A stretch of DNA of 64,000 nucleotides from Blepharisma stoltei ATCC 30299 (Eukaryota; Protista; Ciliophora), in NCBI GenBank assembly GCA_965603825.1, contig CBFDEM010000048.1:1-64000 (forward strand), in the 5' to 3' direction. The notes beneath the pieces were generated by a model, which saw only the letters and a list, made by a program, of their open reading frames with translations, searched no databases and was not told the DNA's origin. The stretch's first letter is position 1. Every line of letters starts with the position of its first letter. Shown here in pieces: positions 25,072 through 36,702 of the stretch. Made by a program: the position numbers and the translations under genes.

Positions 25072-26268
25072 TTATTGAATTATTCCTCTATTTCTTCCAC
25101 ATTGCGTAAAAGCTTCAATCGCTCTATCAATCTGTTGCTCCGAATGAGCTGCACTTAGCTGAACTCTTATTCTAGCCTGTCCCCTTGGAACTACAGGGAA
25201 TGAAAATCCAATCACATAAATTCCTTTCTGCAGCATATCGTCGGCTAGTTGTGAAGCCAATTTTGCATCTCCCAGCATGATAGGGACAATAGGTGAATCC
25301 TGATGTCCAATAATGTTAAATCCAGCATTTCTCATCCCATTTCTAAACCTATTGGTATTTCCTCTCAATTTTTCTGGTAATTCAGAGCTTTCACCTAATA
25401 AACTCAAGACTTCCAGGGTAGCTCCAACAATAGAAGGAGCAAGGGAATTAGAAAATAAGTAAGGTCTAGACTTTTGCCTTAAAATATCAATAATTTCTTT
25501 TTTGCCTGTAGTATAGCCACCACTAGCACCTCCAAGAGCTTTTCCAAGGGTTGAATTAATCACGTCAATTCTGTCTGCAACTCCAAAATATTCAGGAGTT
25601 CCTCTTCCAGTTCTGCCAATAAAGCCAGTGGCATGACTTTCGTCGACAAAGACCAACGCATTATATTGTTCAGCAAGCTCAACGATTCTTGGGAGGTTAG
25701 CGAAATCTCCATCCATGCTGAAAACACCATCAGTGACTATAAGTCTTATACGCTTTTCTTGGGTTTTCTGTAAGCATTCTTCTAGATGGGCCATATCAAG
25801 ATGCCTATAGATTTGTCTCTCAGCTTGGCATAGCCTAACTCCATCTATTATGGATGCGTGGTTTAGGGCATCAGTCAAGATTGCATCCTCCTTTGTAAGA
25901 ATCCCTTCAAAAATCCCTGCGTTAGCGTCAAAGCAGCTCGAGTACAAAATTGCATCTTCTTTGCCATGAAACTCAGCAATTTTTCTTTCAAGCGCTTTAT
26001 GGCTGTCTTGAGTTCCACAAATAAACCGGACCGAGCTGAGTCCAAATCCATACTTATCAAGGGCTGCTTTGGCAGCAGAAATGACTCTTTTGTTGTCGCT
26101 TAGGCCTAGGTAATTATTTGCGCAAAAATTCAAGACTGTTTTGCCTTCTGCTCTGATCTCGACTCTTTGAGGAGTAGTAATGATGCGTTCGGTTTTAAAG
26201 GTCCCAGCTTCTTTGATATCATTAAGCAGCTGCTGGAAAATTGGCTGAACTTTTCTGTAGTTGCTCAT
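25072..26268 (-). CDS. GCAT: 2-amino-3-ketobutyrate CoA ligase (glycine C-acetyltransferase)
   Basis: NFCANNYLGL, SVRFICGT, NHASIIDG, DGVFSMDGD, STLGKALGG (PLP lysine), RQKSRPYLFSN. Confidence 0.95.
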   Translation of the reverse strand: MSNYRKVQPIFQQLLNDIKEAGTFKTERIITTPQRVEIRAEGKTVLNFCANNYLGLSDNKRVISAAKAALDKYGFGLSSVRFICGTQDSHKALERKIAEFHGKEDAILYSSCFDANAGIFEGILTKEDAILTDALNHASIIDGVRLCQAERQIYRHLDMAHLEECLQKTQEKRIRLIVTDGVFSMDGDFANLPRIVELAEQYNALVFVDESHATGFIGRTGRGTPEYFGVADRIDVINSTLGKALGGASGGYTTGKKEIIDILRQKSRPYLFSNSLAPSIVGATLEVLSLLGESSELPEKLRGNTNRFRNGMRNAGFNIIGHQDSPIVPIMLGDAKLASQLADDMLQKGIYVIGFSFPVVPRGQARIRVQLSAAHSEQQIDRAIEAFTQCGRNRGIIQ

Positions 26269-26469
26269 GATATTATTATTGGCTAAAACGGACCATATAT
26301 ATGATAGAGCGAAAAAAGAGAAGAAAGGAAAAAATTATTTATAAATAAGCTGAGCTATTATTTTTATAATCAATTTTTATTTTATATATAAAACAATTAA
26401 AATACCAACATTGCAATCATTTTAATTCTTTATTCAATTTATTTAATATTTTTCGATTAAATATATACC

Positions 26470-28689
26470 TTACTCTTCCCATGAAGCTTTTGGAGGATCA
26501 AGTAGCGCTCGAGAAGTCCCATATCTTTTATTTTTCCTACCTTTAGCGTCAGTAGTTACTTTTTCTTCCAGCGGAGTTTCAATGTTCATAGTAACCATTG
26601 TTTTATATCGCATTCTTCCAGTATCGCTTTCCCACATCATTAAATTGTTGCGGACTTCTTTGACGCAATTTTCTTCAATTAAATCAGAGGCTAAGTAATT
26701 AGACATTGCTTCATATAGCGGAAGCACTATATTTTTTATAAAGCCTGCTTGAGATTTAGGGATATCAGTGTTATTTCGGTCACAATACATTGAAATGGGG
26801 AGATTCTTGGATCTTTCAATGTCTCCTTGATTAAAAAATTCCTCAATAACTAAGTAACTTCATTTTTTATGCAAATCTTTAGATTTTGCTGAATGACCAA
26901 TATCAGCACTTTTAATTAGCAACTTCAGAGCATCAATTTTCTGATCCAATGTTTCCAGTTTTTTAAGCGGCCCAGTTGAATTTTTTGCTTTAAAAGCTGA
27001 CAGAAAATCCCAATGTCTCGCCATATCTGTAGCTAAAATCATTTCGATTATTAATTTTCTGATATTTGTATAATCTTCCTGTGACAAATTCTGAAAAATA
27101 TCTGTATCAAGAGTTTTCATCAGAATAAAAATAGATGAGCTATGCATCATTTCGAGGACAGAGAAATCATTATATTCCACAGCAAGGGTGTCACGATTAT
27201 TAATAAGAAAACGGTTTGTCAAACCTGGGTGACCTACATCGTGCCCTAGAGAAGCTACTACAATGGCTAAAAGATCAATATCAGCTAATTGCTCAGATAA
27301 AACTGACTTTCTAACAAAATACATTACAGAAGATAATACATCAGCTCCATGTGTGGAGTTGTGATATGGATTATCATTATATTGTGACTCCATTCTCTCA
27401 AAGAAGTTTGATATTATACTTTCATTTACGTTAAGAAGCTCGTCTAAAACGTATTTATCTATACAATATTTTCCCACTGTTGACAATGGTTTTCCGTCAG
27501 TGCACTCTTTCAAAAAAAATACATCAAAATTTCAATTATTCCCGACCTGCTTCAGCACCCCTGCTAATTCTTGTCAATTATAGCTCCTCGTAATCATTAG
27601 AATATTTTCAGTGTCTCTCTTTTTAATTTTGGACTTAGCGGATGATATTTCAGTTGCAGAGTTCTCAATAATTGTTTGCCTCACAAATAGTCTGTCTTCT
27701 TCAGTCATATTTCTTGTGATGATATCTATGTTAGGCGTATAAATGTTGGACTTTGACTTCAGCATCTGCAAAACCCTTTTAATTAAGTCAATAATTCTTG
27801 AGATTTTGCCATCAATTGCAGTAGGGGTATGCCTTATTGTTTTGGCTGACGATAAGCATTCCATTAAGAATTCTGTGATCCCTTCAATTTCGGTTTGCGG
27901 TTCACATTTTGCAGACTCCAGGATTTTTTCATTTCAAGTCTGCTTATTATAAAACCTGTGACGCAAGTCTGCTTCTTTTTTATAGAATTTATAAGCTTCC
28001 ACTAAAAATCTCATAACAAAAATACCAAACTCAAATAGTGTGACAGCTAATTTTTGGTCAGATAAAAGATGAAGAATTATATAAGCTGCTGCAATAAGAG
28101 TATTGTCTCTTAAATAGTTAGCAAAGCTGAAATGTGTTATAAATTGTGATATAGTCAAAAGAATCAAAAGGCCAGGGAGGCATGAGACATAAGTCTCAGA
28201 ATTTACATCCAGCATCCATTTCTGAACAGGGCCGTTATTCAAAATCAAAATCGCAGCAAATGAGATATAAGAAAATGACAAGGCTTGGATCCTATAAATA
28301 CGAAAAACATTAGTTGTCAGCCCAAGCCAGATAATCAGAGAATTTCAAATCATTTGTCCACAAATCAAGCAAACCTGGAAAGCAAAGCTGCTCGATGAAG
28401 AATCCTCAATTGCATATGCAATTATATAAATCAGTAGATAAACTAATGATAAAGAATAAAAACCAAGCAAATAATCGAGCGCTCTCTCGCCAAAATTTTC
28501 ATTTAGTTTATAGTTGTGTTTCTCTTCACTGATTATTAAATATTGAAACGATTTTTCCAATTCCTTCGATTGGAATTTCAGGCAGCTTCTGTAGCCTCGC
28601 TTTCTGGAAGTTTCTGTGGTCTTGTACTCTGAAGTCGTCATAATAGTGGGATTAGGGTCATTTCCTTCGTAGGCGTTTGAAGTTTCCAT
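26470..28689 (-). CDS. Membrane-anchored class I cyclic nucleotide phosphodiesterase, 739 aa
   Basis: Five ORF pieces in one frame joined by TGA. N-terminal hydrophobic helices; (W)NFDVF, YHNSTHGAD, HDVGHPG, LATD, ADIGH, LHKK(W)...EEFFNQGD. Confidence 0.92.
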
Positions 28690-28730
28690 AATAAAAAAAT
28701 GATTAAAACAATTTTAATAAGTATTTATAT

Positions 28731-30363
28731 TTAGGCTACATTTGAACTGCTTCTATCTAAGTTAAACAATGATAAAGGAGCTTGCCTTTTCGCTAGCTGC
28801 TTCCTCTCTAAAGCAGCTGCCATTGAATTAATCCTTGTTCGGTTGGTTTTCTCTTCTCTTTTCTCAGCTGCAACAATAAATTGGTGAATAGACTGCCTGT
28901 AGTTATCAGACTCGTCGACTAAGTCAGATAAAAACATCTTGGAGCATCGATCGCAGAAGTGAGAAGACCAGGTTAGCTTGAGTTTTTCTACTTTATTTAC
29001 AGGTTCCAGTATTTCTTCTGAGTCCTCTTTAAGAAGAGACTCAGAATTTTCCATCTTTTCAATCAGATAGCTTGATTCGACGATTCCATTTATAGCAGCC
29101 ATGTTGAATGTATATGAGCTGGTATGCTTGAACTGAACAAGTGTGTAATCATCAGTCTCTCTAATCGTGTATATTGAATTAAGCTCGTACATTGTGTGCT
29201 CATAATTGTAAAGAAAATGATACCCTGCCTGTCCTTCAGGAAGCTCAAATTTTGACATTTCTATAAGTTTGTTATCCCATTTTTTCCTTTCTTCTGGAAC
29301 TGTAATGATGCTTATGAGCCTTTGTACGGTTGTCTCTAAATTAACTTCACATTTTATTGCCAGCTCTTTGTTTATCAGCCTATAAAAAATTTCTGAGTCT
29401 CTTTCATTGCATTTAAGTCTTCTTCAATCTAAGCTCCCATGAGATAATATTTTTGGCAAGCTTTTGCAGATAGTTTTTTCACTTCCCCATTCATCAAATG
29501 CTTCTAATGCTTCAAGATCATTGTTTAGCACTATATTTAGACCAAAATTATCTTTGGCTAATTGGAAATTCTCGTCTAAAACCTTTAAAATTTCGTAAGC
29601 CAAGCACTGGCTTTCTCCATGAATTCTCCTCATCAAGTGGTCATTTAGTTTCATTTTGCTTAAAAAGTCTGGTCCAAGTTTTACTAATTCTTGCTTAACT
29701 TTATTGAAATCCCAAAACCTGTCACTTGATATGAGTTTTGTCAAGATATCTAGGGCTTTACACCCAATATTATCAAGCCCACATAATGGAATGAGCACAT
29801 TAAGTAAAATCGCGAAATATTCATTTCTTACTAGTCTTCTTTTAGAAAAAAACTGCCACTCGAACTCTTCTAGAGCCCTATATCTGTTCCTTGATTCTGA
29901 GGTAACTTTTGTTGAAAACTCAACAATTAGATTTTCATCCTGCGAAACAGAATTTTGCCGATTTGTTGAGACAATTTCAAAGCCATCAGTAGGCACATTC
30001 AAAAACTTAGATAAAGGTAAAAGCAGCTCGGTGTGCCCAGAAGCTTCTTGTAGCCACAATTCGAGATTTGCTCTCCTTTCTGAAATTACAGCTGCAGACA
30101 GCTTATTGAATATTTTTTTAGGGAATTTTGGTAGTGTAATCGCATTTTCTGCCAAAATTTCTTCAATCTATTTAGCAAGTACTTCAGAATTTAGAGAAGA
30201 AAATTCTTTATAGCGACGAAATACGCGGTAAGAGTCTTTTCCATCAAGAATTGTATTGATTTCATATTCCTAGGTGGATATTTACTGTGTAAAGCCGAGA
30301 CAAGAATGACCTCTTTCTTCGTTGATAAGTTCCAGTGATGTTGATAGAAATATTATGGTTCAT
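28731..30363 (-). CDS. PX-domain protein with C-terminal START-like region; two tiny introns
   Basis: ATG 30363. Removing 30270-30285 and 30168-30182 gives YT|EYEI...VFRRYKEFSSL...LPKFPKK...ERRANLELWL (PX domain). Continues through TGA 29424 (…ERKKWD…) to TAA 28731. The START call is tentative. Confidence 0.8.
30168..30182 (-). other. 15-nt spliceosomal intron GTACTTGCTAAATAG
   Basis: GT..AG with A at -6. Contains an in-frame TAG inside the PX domain, so it must be removed. Confidence 0.85.
30270..30285 (-). other. 16-nt spliceosomal intron GTAAATATCCACCTAG
   Basis: GT..AG with A at -6. Removal connects the ATG exon to the PX domain in frame. Confidence 0.85.
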
Positions 30364-30379
30364 TTTATAATTTATAATA

Positions 30380-32560
30380 TTAAATTAAGTTGACTTTAGG
30401 CTGTTTTAAGGTTTTATTGCGGTTTCTTTTAGAACGCCTTATCGGATCGAAAGTAATTGTGGTATCTGAAAAAAAATTATTGTCAAGTAATATAGCACTA
30501 AGATCTTTGCCTAACTGAATGTCTACAAAAATCTGTTTTAGGTCAATTTCTGACAGTGAAACATTAGAACTTTTGAAAAACTCATTCAGTTCTGAAAATG
30601 AAGATATATTTAAAATTTCTGAAAAAGTTTGGATTTTTTTGAAAAATATCAACTCAAATTGTTTGCAAACGGCACATAGCAGGTCATATTTTTGTATGGT
30701 GCTGTGAGTGGCTGCTTTATAAAAAGCATTTAAATTAAGTCTTTCTATGATTTTCATTAGAGGAAGAGGATCTTCAATATACTGTCGAAGAAGATTTATT
30801 TCTTCTTGAGAGCAGAATAAATTGTAAGAATTTACGAGTACATTAATAAAGTCATCAGGGGATATGATTTCTCCTTCTTGGAAGTAATTATTTAGAGGCT
30901 TTCTTGAAATATAGATGCATAGAGCTATTCTCATTAGAAGAATTTCAAAAGTTTGATGGTATTTGTCTTCTATTCTTGCATTAATTCGCTCATGTGCTGT
31001 ATAAGTATCAAAAGGGTCGCTATCGTGGATTTTTGTGTTTAGTTGAAGGTTTGATAGGATTGAATATGCAAAATCTTTATTAGAGCTGAGTGTATTTTGT
31101 ATTATTGAAACAACCTCTCTAAATGATATTTCTAGATGAAGCTTATCTAGAGGCTTTATGAGATCTCTAATGTAAAAAATGACGTTTTCTGTATGAGGGG
31201 GAAGTTCTCCTTCAATCTTCAAAATACTTCAGAAGAAATTTTTTTTGGAATCATTATCAATATGTGACGGAAGCAAAGCGCGATATACTTGTGAAGCCTT
31301 AGATGAAACCTTATCCTTATTTGAAAAATCAACAACTAGATTTCTCAAAAAGTACCTAAGAAATGACCCATTTCCTTTGAATTTATTAAACAGTTTTTCA
31401 CAATACTCCAATGGATCTTCTCCAATTATTTCGTTTCCCCCCAAACTTGCGAGCTTTATAATAGGATGATTTTCTTCATTTTTTTCAATCCTTTCAATTT
31501 TCACTGTAAACTCTTCCGTCATCGTACTAGCATTTCGATATTCTTTCAATTTAATCTCTTCCGGCTCATGAGCCTTACTATTTATTTTTGGAGTAGATGA
31601 TATATCATGAGAAATTTCTTTTATTAATCGCTCTTTATCTTCCTCAATTCTTCTTCTCAACTTATTAACTTGCTTTATTTCTTTATTAAGTCTTCTGTTC
31701 TCTTGCTCCAGGTTATGAACTTGCTTTGAGAATACACTTTTAATTCTTTCCAACTCACTTTTTCATTTATTTTCATTTTCTTCGATTTTTATTTTATTAG
31801 CAGATTCTTGTCTGATAGTCAAATTCAGCTGTCGAGAAACTCCTAGTTCCAACTGATAAATCAAGCATCGCCAAAGCAGCTCAAGCAGGAAAGCTTCTTC
31901 ATCTGCTCCTACATTAAATATCATCCTGAAGATTTCCCCTGCCATCTTTGTGATTTCTGAAACACTGAGGATCATATCTTTGTAGCTTTCTGATCTTTCA
32001 CTTAGTTTTGATTTCAGGAATTGTACGATTTCGTATTTCGAAATTGGCTTGTTTTGAGGCTTTCCTCTTAATGAATCAAAAATAGATTGCAGCTCAGGCT
32101 TAACGGATTGAAAATACACAATTTTATTCAGCTCTTCGTTGAACTCTTTTATATCTGTGGCATCTCCTTTATTATTAGACCCAAGCAAGCTTGAAATTCT
32201 TTGTTCTGCATTTCTCGGCAACATGCCTCGATACAACCGTTCAATTGATTTTTTCTGATGAATTTTTTGAGTCAAGCTGTGTCTTAGAATGATATCATCA
32301 GCGTCAAAATGGCTTTTTATGGGACTTTCTGTATTTAATTTCAATGGGCTTTTATTTTCTAGCAGAGAATTCTTCAGAGATGAGTTTCTTGCTGATCTTG
32401 CGGGGCTCTGAGACCTTTCAACATTTAATTGATCCCGAAATCTTCTTAGTCTGTAGCCAATAAAATCAGTTCCTGCGAGCAAGGTTGAATTTTCATTGAA
32501 ATTTTGAAGATATTTAGAAACATCTGAGTCTCTTGTCGGTGAATTTTTTCTTAAATACAT
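30380..32560 (-). CDS. Uncharacterised coiled-coil protein, 726 aa
   Basis: ORFs 31763, 31229 and 30380 share one frame joined by two TGAs. First ATG at 32560; central charged heptad region. Confidence 0.75.
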
Positions 32561-32565
32561 AATTT

Positions 32566-33643
32566 TTAATTTTCTACTATATTTATTGGGGAAGGTAATC
32601 TTCGCTCTGCAATGGCTTCCCAATTGAATCCTCTAAAGAACTTGTGGTGTTTAATATCCTCGACTTTATTTTTTAGGCAGCCAAGTCTTGCTTGCGGCTC
32701 AGGATTTAGTAGTTTTCTTATTAGATCTTTGCATTGAGGATCAACTTGCCTAGTAAAAACCAGCTCCCCATGAATTATATTTTGTGAAATATCCTTGAAA
32801 TTTTCTCCTTGAAAAGGCGGATGTCTATTTAAAATATTACCCACACGCTAGCTCATATAATAAGATCCCTAATCCTCACCAGTCAACACTAAAAGAATAT
32901 CCTTGCCTCCTGAGCATTTCTGGGGCTGCATATTCAGGCGACCCACACACAGTGCTTGGTCTTTCGTCAGAAATTATTTTGGAATACCCAAAATCTACTA
33001 ATTTTATGTGTTTATTTGAATCAAGCATAATGTTTTCTGGCTTGATGTCTCTATAAATAATCCCATTATCGTGAAGATAGTTAAGGGCTACCACAACTTC
33101 TGCGGCGATAAAAGCAATTTCGTTTATTCTCAGGCGTCGCTTTCTCATTAGTTGGAACAAATCGCCTCCTTCTACAAGTTCCAGCAAAAGATAATTATTT
33201 TGTGTGTCATCTAATTTTCCATGCCCTTTAACGATAAATGGGCTGTTCAGTTTTTCCAAAATTTCTCATTCAATTTCGAAGTATTTTTTCTCTGCCATAG
33301 GCATAATTTTTACGGCAAATTCTTGGCTTCCTACAGCTGCTCTTAAAACTCTTGAAGTTTTCCCTTCCCCCAAGAGAGTTCCTAAAGTCAGGTTTTGCAA
33401 GGTAAAAATAGTTGGTCTTGTTTCTTTCAGTTTAATTTTTGGCTTCATATTCATAGGAGAAATTGATTTGTATGTCTTATCTCTATAGGTTGCTGAGTTT
33501 GAATTACAGTTTTTCTTTTCAGGGACATTAATTAAAGAACGTGAAGCAGGAAACCGGGCTGATATTCTCCGACTTCTTCCAGTTGCTATCGGCGGCAGTA
33601 GGTTTGTACCTGCACGTTTTGAAGGGCTAATAAAAGAGTCCAT
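32566..33643 (-). CDS. AGC-group (PKA-like) protein kinase, one 16-nt intron
   Basis: IYRDIKPEN, DFG, TVCGSPEYAAPE, VDW(W)GLG. After splicing: ELACG|HPPF...RLG...IKHHKFFRGFNW. Confidence 0.88.
32825..32840 (-). other. 16-nt spliceosomal intron GTAATATTTTAAATAG
   Basis: GT..AG with A at -6. Removal restores the conserved GxPPF kinase motif and the frame. Confidence 0.9.
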
Positions 33644-33820
33644 CAGATGGATTTGAGAAAATTAATTTTGGCTATTATGTATACACTATTATGTATGTAC
33701 AGGACAGATTTGTTGAAAATTTAATAAAAAATGAAAATAAAACTTCACCAATTTCTCTTTCAAAATTTTTAAACGCCTTTAAATGCATACATATCCTAAT
33801 CTTTCCTTGAAAAATTAAAA

Positions 33821-34864
33821 ATGTTAATTTTACTCCTTGTAAATTTTGCTGTGGGGCGATGACTGGAAAACCCTCTTAAAGCAACTGCTCTTACATGTGG
33901 AGTTTACCAATGTGCACCGACGTCAATTGTTATTACAGATGGGAACTGTGGGAAAATATTTGAAAATAAATTTTATTATCTCCAAGTGTGCCCGTCGTCA
34001 TCAACTTTGAGTTATTGTAATACGACAAGTTTGACCTGTGTGGCAACACCAGCAGCAGCTGCATTGCAATCATATCCTGGAGAGCCTTGTGTAAGTCAAA
34101 GTGATTGCATTTATGGGACATGCACAGCAAGTGTATGTGCTGGGGCTAAATTGAATGAAAAATGCACAATACATGAACAATGTAATCCAGGGCTCAGGTG
34201 CTATGGAGGGTCTTGTGTAGTACAATTAGCAATAGGAAGCGCTGGGTGTAGAGATGAACAAGACTGTGTAAATTATTCTGGCTGTAATATGACTTATTCA
34301 AGCCAAAACGGCACTTGCATTCAATATGCAAGTTTAAGTGATAACTTAGTTGTGACTGATTGCGCTAATGGGCTATCTGAAATGTGTGCTTCTGGGTATT
34401 GTTCACATTTTGGCAGCTGGTATTCAACTCTTGGTATATGCAAAAGTGCTCCTATGACGGTTGGAACTGTTCCAGTCGCCTGCACTGCAGATACAGATTG
34501 TTTAGGAACTGATGGAACTAATTTGGTTCTCAGCAAGTGCCAATGTGGGTACAATAACTTAGGCCAGTCTTATTGTGCCCCTTTTATAGGTGATTCCTCA
34601 GGAATTAATTTGATATCATCATGGATTACAGCTCTTAAAAATAGCACAGGCTGCAATACTTCGAGACGGTCTACAAATCAATGCTTAAAACTCACAGGTC
34701 ACTATTCTCAGATCCAGTCAGCAATTTATGGATTTAATTATTACCCGCAGATAATCAATAACGATGCTTGCGTCAAAGCAATTTACACAGCTACATATTG
34801 GAATTACGATAGCTCTGTCATTCTTAAGGCTCTTTTCAGTTTAATGCTATTAAATGCATTATAG
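33821..34864 (+). CDS. Secreted or surface cysteine-rich protein, possible GPI anchor, 347 aa
   Basis: ATG 33821 is in frame with ORF 33986 through one TGA. Hydrophobic N-terminus MLILLLVNFAVG, repeated C-x4-5-C modules (GEPCVSQSDC, CTIHEQCNPGLRC), hydrophobic C-terminus. Confidence 0.82.
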
Positions 34865-34946
34865 TGAATTTGCATAATAAAGTAAAAAACCTATATTTTA
34901 TATATAACTCAATTACTCATAATTTTAATATTGTTGCACTATATAA

Positions 34947-35663
34947 ATGGCTACTTACGGTAAGTTGGAATCTGGATTGCAGCAGCAAGCTACTTTGGTG
35001 CGAGAATTTCAACAGCGTCTTCGCAAGCTAAAAGATATCACTGGCCAAATAGGAATGTCAAAAAATCGAGCCCAACTTCTATCTCAAGCTGCCAAAGAAA
35101 GAGAAAATATGATGAAATTGACAAAAGAAATTCATGCATCTTTTAAAAAATACCCTCCAAATTTTAATGAAAAAATCCAGCATGACAAATTAACGAAAGA
35201 GTTTCAAACTTTGCTTAAACAATATCAAGATCTAAATCAAAAATTACTTGAAAAAGAAAAATTTGCAGCTGCAGAAGAAGATAAAATAATAGAAGAAAGC
35301 GTTGAAACGGGCCAAAGGCCTCTTAATAGAGACGATGATATGTTTAGGAGTGTAGGTGGATTGGATGAAGCTATGCTTAGGGACAGACAAGAAGAGCTTA
35401 ATGCGATTGAAAAAGATATGGTAGAAGTCAATGTTATGTTTAAAGATGTAGCCAAAATGGTAGTTGACCAAGGAGCCATGCTAGATTCGGCAGAAAATAA
35501 TGTGGATACTGCTGTAAAGGAAACTGGGAGGGCTGTTATTGAATTAGATAAAGCTGAGGTTTATCAGAAAAAAAGTAAGGGGAAACTTTACTGCATTTTA
35601 GCTATTGTTTGTGTTGTAGTAGGGGTCTTGGTTGCCATTGTAGTAAGTACCGTAGTTTTTTAA
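34947..35663 (+). CDS. Syntaxin (Qa-SNARE, STX7/12/Pep12-like)
   Basis: Habc-like helices, SNARE motif (DRQEELNAIEKDM...DQGAMLD), single C-terminal TM helix. Confidence 0.9.
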   Translation: MATYGKLESGLQQQATLVREFQQRLRKLKDITGQIGMSKNRAQLLSQAAKERENMMKLTKEIHASFKKYPPNFNEKIQHDKLTKEFQTLLKQYQDLNQKLLEKEKFAAAEEDKIIEESVETGQRPLNRDDDMFRSVGGLDEAMLRDRQEELNAIEKDMVEVNVMFKDVAKMVVDQGAMLDSAENNVDTAVKETGRAVIELDKAEVYQKKSKGKLYCILAIVCVVVGVLVAIVVSTVVF

Positions 35664-35730
35664 TAATTTTAATTGCTACTAGGTGTTTCATTTAATTTAA
35701 TTGCATATAATAGCATGTAAACATTAAATA

Positions 35731-36028
35731 GTGCGACGAGTTTAAACCTCTAGAAGATGTCACAAATTATGCTTGGGAATCTTGCGAAAGGAGAACTGTG
35801 TCTAAAATGTATTTCAGGTGATTTTTGCCATCTATTGGTGCAGTGGGGACTGTTCCTACTATTGTCCAGATTGGTTTGTTATATGTAAGAGATCAAGTTC
35901 AGGTTGTTGTTCGGAAAATGCAGCGTTATTCCGAAAATTCAGCATGGTATAAGGCTGTGTGCTGAGCAAGTGGCGAGGTGATAATCTTGTGAGATGTTGC
36001 TACTATCCTGTGAAACTTCTTGGTAAGT
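35731..36028. ncRNA. Candidate ~300-nt structured ncRNA; U1 snRNA-like on the minus strand, strand not settled
   Basis: GC-richer island in AT-rich intergenic DNA with no long ORF. Stems 35895-35903/36007-36018, 35910-16/35929-35, 35939-44/35960-65 and 35969-76/35997-36004. Minus strand starts ACUUACC (36028-36022) and has GCAUAAUUUGUG (35772-35761) before a terminal hairpin. Confidence 0.45.
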
Positions 36029-36702
36029 AATTAATATTAACGCATATTAATAGCATAATAAATGCATCACTTATATTAACCTGAAAACAAGCACGCATGA
36101 AATATTAAATTTTGCATATCAGAAAAAATCTTATAGCACTCTCAAACATAAGATTTATCATGTGATATATAGAAAAATATTTTAAAAAACTTATTATTAT
36201 TAACTAATAAAGGTGTTACATTTTAATTATAATTTTATTAGTAAGAATGCATATTTGATTATGGAATAGTCTAATATTAAATTATTAATCTAGAAAACTC
36301 GTCTATGATAGATTTCATATTCAAATTATTTTTCAAACTTTTAGCTTAGCTTCTGTTGAAAAATACTTCTGCTGAAAAAGCTTCTCTAAGTTCACTCAAA
36401 AAAAATTTATATTCGGATAATATTTTTTCAAGCAGGTTCTAGAAATGATCTATTTTTATATACTAAGCGCTGCAAATGCTTCCTAATTAATTCATATAGG
36501 AAATAAAAAATCTAGCCAATAATTTTTTATTATATTATGTCACTATAAATTCATTGTTAATCTTATTCGCCATAGTTATTAATTATTAAAGCAAAGTTGA
36601 CAAAACTTCTGTCTAATCTATACTTATAAAAATTTTATTATTAACTTGGAAATTAGTAAAAACACCAATAATTTCGAGCCTGCTTAACCAATAGTTATTA
36701 AT

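Noticed and set aside
28292-28308. Possible intron in the PDE gene (GTTTTTCGTATTTATAG)
   Set aside because: 17 nt long and removal would break the frame; the ORF is open without it.
35731-36028. Telomerase RNA, SRP, RNase P/MRP, U3, hammerhead ribozyme, group I intron or small CDS
   Set aside because: No CCCUAACA template, SRP helix-8 motif, terminal P4 partner, U3 boxes or CUGANGA core. Group I P/Q/R/S-like words are out of order. The only ATG ORF noticed is 43 aa with no recognisable features.
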